From positions 96,001 to 160,000 of the IMG/VR virus record IMGVR_UViG_2706796186_000001: DNA of 64,000 bases, one strand, 5' to 3'. Below, one piece after another: positions 56,850 to 64,000 of this stretch. The notes under the pieces are model-generated. The model did not search any database, was not told the DNA's origin, and worked only from the letters and a program-made list of their open reading frames with translations. A program made the translations under genes and the position numbers. Position 1 is the first letter of the stretch. Each line of letters opens with the position of its first letter. The stretch comes from a virus. Taxonomy: Duplodnaviria > Caudoviricetes.

Positions 56850-59800
56850 TTAATCTCTAAATACGATGGCCTTGTAGTTATTGCCTACGAGTTGCAAGTC
56901 CATCCCCACGTAGTTAATCGCGCTCGGTAGACCGTCACCCCATTTCGCGGCAGCGATGTTGTTGGCGATAACGGATTTCTTGAGGTCAATCGCTTGCGAG
57001 TTTCCGGCCAGCCCTTCGTAAACCCGTACCCGGCCCAACTCACTGTAGTTGTTCAGGTAATCGAGTGCCGTGACATACCGATGCTGTGCGTTGAACTGCC
57101 CGGCAGTATAACTCACCATGATTTTTACCGTCTTGTTCAGCGCAGCCCCAACACCGAAATAAATCGGCTTTTCAGGGGTACTGAGAAGCATGGCGACGTC
57201 GATGTCAGCGGCCGCTAAACGGCTTGTGATATCAGTCGTGCTTTTCTCCCCAGTCTCTACCCGTTCAATCACCATCGTTGACGCCACCGTGGAGAGCGTG
57301 ATCGTGTACTTGATGGTATAGTTGAGCAGCTTCACCGTACCGGTAATGACGATGCTAGGCCCGCGATTCAGGCCATACGTCAATCGTGGGTTGAGCCTGT
57401 CAAACGATGATGCTATCGCGTAACGCGACTCGTCGATACCTAACGTGAACGACGGGGTTGCGCCCGCTGCGCCCCAGTTGCCACACAATGCCAGATTGAC
57501 ACGGTTACCCGCAGGACTGTTGACACCTGAAGTGGTAACAGCCAAGGACAAGGTGCGGAAGGCGGCACCTTTCTTGTACGCCAAGAGGTGTAAGAGTCCA
57601 TCACCCGAAACGGTTGTCTCGTCCGGTGTGAAGTTAACACCCACACCATCAGCGTTTGAGATTGGTGTCAGGTTCACCCATCCAGCACGATAGGTCGTGG
57701 TGACTTGGAAACCACCATCAATGGGGTAGCCTGCCGCTAATGCGGTGAGACCATCGATAGCGAACTCTCGCCAATCACTCCCTACGGTGTTTACCGAGCC
57801 TGACCCACCGGCCCACGAAACACCTTCTTTTCCATAAGTGTACCCAAACGCTGCCTGTGTGATAGCGCGTGGCGTATGGGCACTGACGTTCTCCGCATGG
57901 TCAGACAACTCGCGGTAATCGCCCAAACGCGTTACGTTACGGACACTGGCAGAAATGACACTGTCTTCGTCAGTCACGATGTCGCCAATTCGTGTCATCG
58001 TTTCCGATTCGGCGAGATTGGTACTGTCCTTAATGACATAAACCGCAGCATTATCAACGATGTCTACAAAGATACCAAAGGTGGCATCTACATGGCTTGC
58101 CGGGAACAGTTCTGCGACGTTAAACGTGGTTAGGGGCACCGTGTAATCACGACCAACGAAATAGTTGTTCGCTTTGATGGACACCATCCAGCCCGTGATG
58201 GTTACAGCCGCTTGAATCGCACCGTTACCACTCTCACCATAACGCAAGATATCAATCACCGCATTCGGGTCACTGTTATCCTGCACCGCTTCGAGCTTCG
58301 CCACATCTTTCAGTTGTTGAAGCACGTAGGAACCGTCGAGCGCGAGTGTGGCGTCATTCACCAACCCACCGTAGCGAATAAGACCCGCTTTAGCTGTGGT
58401 AGCCGAACCAATACCAAACGCCGCAGCGTCGTGGGTATGGCCGACTTGGGCATACTTCGCAAACTCGGTAGCCTGTGCGGTCGAGACCGGCAGCGCATCA
58501 TCGCTGATGTTCTCCACACTACCCAGATTCAATGTGTACTTGTCGATGGTCACAGACGAAGCCAACGATACCCCGTTGATATACGCACGGGCCTTCTCCA
58601 GTTTCCCGGTAAAGGTTTGCGCCAGCTTCTTAATCAAAGCCGGGGTCGCAGCCAATGTTTGTGAGTCACCAAACTCACTGGTGAGCAGGCGCATGGCCAG
58701 CGTATTCACATCGGTATCAGACGGCGGGAGGAAAGTCAGGATAAACGGTTGGGTTTCAATCCCGTTACCAGTAATACTAACCGTTGGGGTATTGGCACCG
58801 TAATAGATACCGTCACCCCCACCGCTGTTCCCCGGTAGGTACTGACCGACTGTCGTTGGATCGAGTAAGATTTTGTTGTTCCACCGCAGACCACGCGAGT
58901 CGGGGTAGAGTACAAACGTATTCGCCCCGGCAGTAAACGTAATCGGTTGGTTACCGGCAGACACACGGATGTTGTCACGCGCTAACGCCCGAACCGCTTT
59001 ATCGTCAACCTGCAAATTCGTACCTACACCATTTGACTCAGCGTCTTTTGATGAGGTTACAGATGACAGACCCGGTAACATGGTAAAGGTACCGGTAATC
59101 GTCCGGTCAGCACCGGTACGCAACATCTTGTCTGTGAAGTCTGAGGCTTTCGCACTGAGGCCATTCACATACGTGGCTAATTGCGCCTGTGTACGCCCGT
59201 AGACGAGAGTTGCATCGTCAGCAATACCGTTCTTCTCAATCGCACGCATACGCCCGTAGGAATCGTCACCGTGCGGATTGTTCTTATCAGTGACGTGTGC
59301 AATCGCCGGAGAGGTGCGATACAGCTTATCGACCAACTCGTGATACTTTTTGAGGATGGTTAAGACATCGCTGCCGTCGGAATCGGTGGGGACTTGGGCA
59401 AGCTTTTTACCGATGGCCGCGATGGCGTTCATCAGTTCACGTTCGCCTTTCCAATTTTCCCAATCGAACTGGATATCCACTGGCGGGAAATACACATCCC
59501 CAATGACCATCTCCCACTGACACTCGGACGGGAACACATCTTTATTCCGGTCACGCTCGGCATTAACCTGCGCAGTGCTTCCGACACCGATACCTACCGC
59601 GTGGTAATCCAATGTGAAGTTCTGCGTGTAATTTGGGTTGATTATCCAAACCATGCCGTGGGTGGAACGCCCTGTCCGCTGCATAGAGGTCATATACGGA
59701 TGAGTGATGACGTAGTCCGAGGCCAGCTTTAAAACTTTACCAGCACTTTTGACGACCAACGAACCGGTGTAAAAAGGGCCATTCTTCGGGACCAGCATGC

Positions 59801-59885
59801 GGTACTTCGTACCAATGACGGTTCCCGGCTCACCGGTAATTTTATTACCCGGTAATTTTTGATGCGGGTCAAAGACGACAGCCAT
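56850..59885 (-). CDS. Large tail-fibre-like virion protein
   Basis: 1011 aa; GPFY..SDY, NNPHG, LNLGSVENISD..PVS, HTHD. Confidence 0.7.
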   Translation of the reverse strand: MAVVFDPHQKLPGNKITGEPGTVIGTKYRMLVPKNGPFYTGSLVVKSAGKVLKLASDYVITHPYMTSMQRTGRSTHGMVWIINPNYTQNFTLDYHAVGIGVGSTAQVNAERDRNKDVFPSECQWEMVIGDVYFPPVDIQFDWENWKGERELMNAIAAIGKKLAQVPTDSDGSDVLTILKKYHELVDKLYRTSPAIAHVTDKNNPHGDDSYGRMRAIEKNGIADDATLVYGRTQAQLATYVNGLSAKASDFTDKMLRTGADRTITGTFTMLPGLSSVTSSKDAESNGVGTNLQVDDKAVRALARDNIRVSAGNQPITFTAGANTFVLYPDSRGLRWNNKILLDPTTVGQYLPGNSGGGDGIYYGANTPTVSITGNGIETQPFILTFLPPSDTDVNTLAMRLLTSEFGDSQTLAATPALIKKLAQTFTGKLEKARAYINGVSLASSVTIDKYTLNLGSVENISDDALPVSTAQATEFAKYAQVGHTHDAAAFGIGSATTAKAGLIRYGGLVNDATLALDGSYVLQQLKDVAKLEAVQDNSDPNAVIDILRYGESGNGAIQAAVTITGWMVSIKANNYFVGRDYTVPLTTFNVAELFPASHVDATFGIFVDIVDNAAVYVIKDSTNLAESETMTRIGDIVTDEDSVISASVRNVTRLGDYRELSDHAENVSAHTPRAITQAAFGYTYGKEGVSWAGGSGSVNTVGSDWREFAIDGLTALAAGYPIDGGFQVTTTYRAGWVNLTPISNADGVGVNFTPDETTVSGDGLLHLLAYKKGAAFRTLSLAVTTSGVNSPAGNRVNLALCGNWGAAGATPSFTLGIDESRYAIASSFDRLNPRLTYGLNRGPSIVITGTVKLLNYTIKYTITLSTVASTMVIERVETGEKSTTDITSRLAAADIDVAMLLSTPEKPIYFGVGAALNKTVKIMVSYTAGQFNAQHRYVTALDYLNNYSELGRVRVYEGLAGNSQAIDLKKSVIANNIAAAKWGDGLPSAINYVGMDLQLVGNNYKAIVFRD

Positions 59886-59914
59886 TTTCTACTCCTTAAT
59901 ATCCAAGTCGTCGA

Positions 59915-59929
59915 GTTCATACTATGACC
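59915..59929. promoter_or_regulatory. Possible back-to-back late promoters (CATA-C-TATG)
   Basis: TCATA-C-TATGA palindrome in a 66-bp gap between divergent genes; TATG is the phiKZ late start motif. Confidence 0.45.
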
Positions 59930-59951
59930 TGAACCCTTAGAGGAATCGCTT

Positions 59952-61211
59952 GTGGATGCTATTTATCAAGTGCGGGGCGACTGTGCATTTGGCTTCTCCA
60001 GAGACACCCGGACTTGGGTTGCCATCGACGTTTCCCAGCCATTAAAAACACTCTGTGGGAATTACCACACCTTTGAAGTGGGGTTAGAATCCCTCGGACA
60101 CGAGTTTACCTTATTCAGTCTGTATTACTTAGGCGAACTCCAGCAGCGTTCTGATACGTTGCAAGACTGGTTAAACACCAAAGCAGGGGTAAGCTTAGCC
60201 TTGCTGAAAGATGGGCTGCCTAAGCTCGAATTCGTAGAAGGCCATTACCAGTGCCTGAATGCGCCTGTGGGGCCGGAAGCCTACTTGTGCCCACCGAACT
60301 ACCACTACAGTCAAGACTTTGCGTTAGACGACGCCAGCGACATGGTCGTGCTGGCAACCGGGGACGATCGTCAGACACTGGCTACCAATGCGTTGTTCAA
60401 CATAAACGGCCAATGGGTACCACACAAACAAGACAGTGTCGGTGTTCGCTTACCGGGCGCGGGTAATATTGTTCGTCGTAGTGGGCAGTCTGATATCGGC
60501 TGTTGGTTCTTTGATGATATTGGGTCTGTTGAAACCTACCCGATGAAAGACCTGACCCTTACTAAGTTGGATACGACACGCGACTACCACTCCACTCTGA
60601 TGGTGTCTCTCCCAACGAGCATTACTGGGAAAACCGTCGGGTATGTGATTGGTGGTATCCTGTACTGGTTGAAGCCAGAGTTCTATTTCAGTGACAAAGC
60701 CATTATGTTGAGTCTGCCGAACATGAGCCTGATTAAAACCATCATGGAAACCCGTGAGTATTACGACTGGGAGAAAATCGGCATCGGTGATTTGTCCACC
60801 CCGACCTCCGTGAATGCGCTCAAGAACCCAGAGAACTTCAAAGCGTTACTCCAGCACGAATCCAGTTTCATCGTGTTGGTCGATAACCCGTATTTGGAGT
60901 TTGAAGAACTTGGTCTCAATCACGGTGCGTCGTATGGTCGTTTCCACTTGCGTGACCCGAATGACATTGACAGCGAAAAGCCTCTTGGCCCGCTGTTCAA
61001 CCAATTCGGTAAATGCGTCGGTTACTGGCCAACGTGGGAAGACGGGGAGTGGACATTCCACACCGGGGAACTGACTCGACCTAATTGGCTGTTTAACCGC
61101 AGCAAGTGGCAGAACCAAAGTCTGGTAAATGATGCCATCCCGATTCACAGCTACCAGCCGTACCGCGTCATCAATGCGCACATGAAGCGCGTCAAGGCAC
61201 GAAAAAAATAA
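59952..61211 (+). CDS. Putative virion structural protein
   Basis: 419 aa, GTG start with GAGGA RBS; function inferred from context only. Confidence 0.6.
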   Translation: MDAIYQVRGDCAFGFSRDTRTWVAIDVSQPLKTLCGNYHTFEVGLESLGHEFTLFSLYYLGELQQRSDTLQDWLNTKAGVSLALLKDGLPKLEFVEGHYQCLNAPVGPEAYLCPPNYHYSQDFALDDASDMVVLATGDDRQTLATNALFNINGQWVPHKQDSVGVRLPGAGNIVRRSGQSDIGCWFFDDIGSVETYPMKDLTLTKLDTTRDYHSTLMVSLPTSITGKTVGYVIGGILYWLKPEFYFSDKAIMLSLPNMSLIKTIMETREYYDWEKIGIGDLSTPTSVNALKNPENFKALLQHESSFIVLVDNPYLEFEELGLNHGASYGRFHLRDPNDIDSEKPLGPLFNQFGKCVGYWPTWEDGEWTFHTGELTRPNWLFNRSKWQNQSLVNDAIPIHSYQPYRVINAHMKRVKARKK

Positions 61212-61216
61212 CCTGT

Positions 61217-61258
61217 CTACCTCTCCTTCACGGGAGAGGTAGTGGTTTTACTTTTTTT
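61217..61258. terminator. Bidirectional terminator
   Basis: CTACCTCTCC..GGAGAGGTAG hairpin between convergent genes. Confidence 0.8.
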
Positions 61259-61260
61259 GC

Positions 61261-61470
61261 TTATTCAGCTTTGTAGACGATGGCGCTACCGTGCTGGGTG
61301 TTGTTGCCGGAGATACCGACCACCTTGAAGGCATCGCCGCCTGCTTCTTCGGCTTTCTTAGCCAGCGCGGCAGTTACGTCATCAACAGTCGAACCGGTAG
61401 CGCTGACGTTACCGATTTTCTTGTAGTTGGACGGAATGGTTTCTGCGCTTGCGAACTCTTTAATGCTCAT
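61261..61470 (-). CDS. DUF1471 (YdgH/BhsA/McbA-like) protein without signal peptide
   Basis: KIGNVSATG..L.KKAEEAGG..FKVV..GNN..HGSAIVYK; GAGGA RBS. Confidence 0.85.
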   Translation of the reverse strand: MSIKEFASAETIPSNYKKIGNVSATGSTVDDVTAALAKKAEEAGGDAFKVVGISGNNTQHGSAIVYKAE

Positions 61471-61511
61471 TACAAAATCCTCTTTCTGATTAAAGGCACA
61501 ATGCCATGTAG

Positions 61512-61537
61512 CATAATAACAGGCCAGAACGTAAAAA
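61512..61537 (-). promoter_or_regulatory. Putative phage middle-type promoter
   Basis: TTTTTAC-N15-TATG on the minus strand. Confidence 0.65.
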
Positions 61538-61567
61538 GAAAAGAACCCTACTCCGAAGAGTAGGGGT
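61533..61567 (-). terminator. Rho-independent terminator (UUCG loop)
   Basis: Minus strand CCCTACTC-TTCG-GAGTAGGG plus T-tract. Confidence 0.85.
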
Positions 61568-61700
61568 TTCCCATGGCTTTAATTTAGACCGAGGTCTGCC
61601 ATGCCTATTGTGAACATCTTCAAATTAGCGCGGAAAAAAGTGGCTGCTTAACAAGACGGGGTTTAATGTCGTCGAGTATTCGACAGCTATGACGTTTGTC
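61533..61700 (-). ncRNA. Candidate structured small RNA
   Basis: Promoter motif TAATTAC-N15-TATG (61700-61725), hairpins, terminator, and no credible ORF. Confidence 0.35.
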
Positions 61701-61722
61701 ATAATAGACAGGTGTCTTGTAA

Positions 61723-62670
61723 TTAATGTGGTTTAGACACATCTTTACCGTCACCTTGTTCGGTGTGCGTGTGGACAGAGAACGTGATGTTGGCAATCTT
61801 CGCATCACTCACAGTGAACATACCTACACCTTCACCCGTGCCGCCATACAGGAAGTCTTTCCCGACTTCGACATTGCCGGTGAATTTGGACTTCGGTGAG
61901 TCAACCAACCAGTCTTGCGTTTTGAACGTGGCCGACTTACCAGCGGTCACATCCCAGACATCACACTTCCCTTTAATGAGTTTCGATTCCATGTTTATCG
62001 ATTTCTTCGAGAACATGAAGATGTCTTCTTTGTTCATGTTGATTTTCGATAGCATGGCATTCTCAAACCCAAGGTCATACTCCAGTGAGTTCATGTAATA
62101 CTGGTTCCCGAGGTGGTCACGGCATATCCACGTACCGTCGCGGGTGTTGAACTGATGGATGTAAGCGGCCTTCTCTCCGTTCATCATCGAGGTGCGCAAG
62201 GTGATGTGTCCGTCCATCGGTGAATAGTTCACGACGTAGGCGTTCGACAGGTCATCTGCCATCATGTTGTTCGGGTCGGCCGAGAAGGCGAAGATAGCAT
62301 CCTCTAATCTCTTCACGTTTGCCGTGTTCAGGTCAACCCAAAAGAAGATGTCCGTTTCACCCAAACGGTAAATGAGCACTTGGTCTTCTTTGCGGACGTT
62401 CGGGGAGTTGACCCGGTTGGAGTTGAACCTCCACCACCGGGCGGTAATGGTGTTCCCCTCTTTAACTTTTAAGTTGTCAGTTGCGGTGCCCGTGGAGTGG
62501 GATTTTTCTGTTTCCATCTCTTGGACAGCAACCTTGGTCGGTTCCATGAAGCTGACTTCAATGGGAATGATTCTCACGATATCGGTTTTCCGAGCTTTGT
62601 CTTCGGCAACGATACCCAGAGAATAGAAATGGACTTGAGACTTTTCCACGTTTACCTCCTCGGTTCTCAT
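61723..62670 (-). CDS. Baseplate central spike (gpV/gp138-like) protein
   Basis: OB-fold-like N-terminus, beta-repeat C-terminal half, terminal HTH (HxH) metal-binding motif (VHTHTEQGDG). Confidence 0.7.
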   Translation of the reverse strand: MRTEEVNVEKSQVHFYSLGIVAEDKARKTDIVRIIPIEVSFMEPTKVAVQEMETEKSHSTGTATDNLKVKEGNTITARWWRFNSNRVNSPNVRKEDQVLIYRLGETDIFFWVDLNTANVKRLEDAIFAFSADPNNMMADDLSNAYVVNYSPMDGHITLRTSMMNGEKAAYIHQFNTRDGTWICRDHLGNQYYMNSLEYDLGFENAMLSKINMNKEDIFMFSKKSINMESKLIKGKCDVWDVTAGKSATFKTQDWLVDSPKSKFTGNVEVGKDFLYGGTGEGVGMFTVSDAKIANITFSVHTHTEQGDGKDVSKPH

Positions 62671-62704
62671 ATTACCCCTTTTTTACGTCTGATCCGTTTG
62701 ATGT

Positions 62705-62802
62705 GTCGAAGGGAAACCGTCGGGGGAAAGGGGGGATCTGTGTGAGGATTGCATAGATCAACGGAGGTAGCGTCCCTGCTACCGACACCCTTTATTCTTT
62801 TT
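62705..62802 (+). ncRNA. Candidate structured small RNA
   Basis: Upstream TTTTTAC-N15-TGTG; nested stems ending in a T-tract; no credible ORF. Confidence 0.3.
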
Positions 62803-62823
62803 GTCTTGACCTTGCCCTATTCT

Positions 62824-62849
62824 TTTTTACACCAGTGGGCAGTCGTATG
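62824..62849 (+). promoter_or_regulatory. Putative phage middle-type promoter
   Basis: TTTTTAC-N15-TATG. Confidence 0.65.
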
Positions 62850-62932
62850 GCATTGAGCCATACGGATACCGTTTTCGTTTCCCGATTAGGGGTCGTCGGT
62901 TATCCTTTCTTCCTTTTTCAGAGGTATTAGAA

Positions 62933-63640
62933 ATGAGCAGAATCAATTACAACTTCGACTTTAAGCTGGGTGCTAAGTTATTAGAAGAGAACGTCCTTCG
63001 TGCCCCGAATTCCCACTGGCGGCTAAAGTTCGGTAAGCTCCTGTCCGAATCCGGGTTACGTGCGATTGCCTCACCGTACTACCAGATAGACGAACTTGTG
63101 TCGGTGGTGCCATGCGAAGACCGTGAGGGGGGTGCGCTAATTCTCGAACTCAACAACAACGAGTACCTCCGGCAGTTAGAGAACCACTACGCGAAAATGC
63201 TCATGACTGCGTACGATGTCACGGATAAGAAAGTCTCGGTTGGGAATATGCAATCCAAAGTCATTATCCGACAGCACGGCAACTCTAACACGGCTGTTGT
63301 GCTTGAGCTGTGGGTTAGCGGTAACATTAATGACGGGCACCCACAAGGCGTGAAGCCGTTTACGGAGTGCTTTGTGTTTGAAGCGTCTATGGAACGCGAT
63401 CCGTACCCGACCGGGACAACCGACTTTGGTACCGACGAAGAACGTATTCCTGATGTACAGGAGCGCAGCATCAACTCGCCGGTCTATCTGGTACAGGCCC
63501 AAAACGTGAAAACCATCTTTGGCGTGGGGGCAAAAGAAAACCCGGAACGCATTTACGTGATGGCCCGTTGGGCAGGTTGGAGTGAAGTGAAATTCTACGG
63601 CGGTCAGGTTCTCCTGATAGCGAAGCTGTCTATCGGTTAA
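62933..63640 (+). CDS. Hypothetical protein
   Basis: GAGGT RBS, 235 aa. Confidence 0.75.
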   Translation: MSRINYNFDFKLGAKLLEENVLRAPNSHWRLKFGKLLSESGLRAIASPYYQIDELVSVVPCEDREGGALILELNNNEYLRQLENHYAKMLMTAYDVTDKKVSVGNMQSKVIIRQHGNSNTAVVLELWVSGNINDGHPQGVKPFTECFVFEASMERDPYPTGTTDFGTDEERIPDVQERSINSPVYLVQAQNVKTIFGVGAKENPERIYVMARWAGWSEVKFYGGQVLLIAKLSIG

Positions 63641-63644
63641 CCTT

Positions 63645-63680
63645 GTGGGGCTTCGGCCCCACTCTGATTATATTTTTTCT
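63645..63680 (+). terminator. Terminator-like hairpin (UUCG loop)
   Basis: GTGGGGC-TTCG-GCCCCAC followed by T-rich sequence. Confidence 0.7.
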
Positions 63681-63703
63681 CAGATATATATTACTTAGGT
63701 GAG
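63680..63703 (+). promoter_or_regulatory. Putative phage early promoter
   Basis: TCAGATATATATTACTTAGGTGAG; exact TATATTAC. Confidence 0.8.
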
Positions 63704-63748
63704 ATTGCATTCGTAATCTTTAATCTATTGACTTTCGAGGAATTCATT

Positions 63749-64000
63749 ATGCCTAAAATTACCATGATGCACATCGCCCTTAATGCACTGCGCGGTACCC
63801 AGCGTATCGAGTCGTTAACTTATCCACTTTTGGACACCGCCGCTCGTATCTTCGGTACGGGAATGGTGTATCAACACGACTGGGTGGGTAACGACAAACG
63901 TGAAGAAGTGTACGACACCGACAGCGAACATTGCCGTCAACTTCGTGAACTACTTCGTACTGCCGCAGAAGAAACCGGACTGAATACGCTGCTGCCTAAC
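63749..64000 (+). CDS. Hypothetical early protein (3'-partial)
   Basis: GAGGA RBS; MPKITMMHIALNALRG... open to the window end. Confidence 0.75.
   Translation, partial: MPKITMMHIALNALRGTQRIESLTYPLLDTAARIFGTGMVYQHDWVGNDKREEVYDTDSEHCRQLRELLRTAAEETGLNTLLPN

Noticed and set aside
1-64000. tRNA, rRNA, CRISPR arrays, integrases or transposases
   Set aside because: None recognised by eye; intergenic gaps are short and mostly explained by promoters and terminators. tRNAscan-SE was not run.

Overview
This window looks like part of a phiKZ-like (Chimalliviridae-type) jumbo myophage genome, probably infecting Enterobacterales such as Erwinia/Pantoea (inferred from an AmsF/WceF-like gene and a DUF1471 gene). 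The first ~19.4 kb (+ strand) holds accessory genes: Dam methylase, GNAT-fold proteins, HslV- and HslU-like genes, a 2OG-Fe(II) oxygenase-like gene, a QueC-like PP-loop gene and many hypotheticals. 19.5-39.4 kb holds a tailspike-like protein and 18 paralogous putative virion genes, including a three-gene cassette repeated three times. 39.5-59.9 kb (- strand) holds large fibre/baseplate-like genes and a lysozyme module. Between these sits the most striking feature: an 8-gene operon (46369->41040) with its own promoter and terminator, encoding three Cys/Ser/Gly-rich CXXX-repeat peptides with a shared ~50-aa leader, two radical SAM enzymes, two unknown proteins and a DUF4376-like protein, with no recognisable peptidase or exporter. 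It is a candidate phage-encoded radical-SAM peptide-modification (RiPP-like) system that may build a cross-linked virion fibre component. Two recurring phage promoter motifs, many UUCG terminators, two candidate structured ncRNAs and three ORFs missing from the ORF track were also found. All family assignments come from motif recognition by eye, not database searches.
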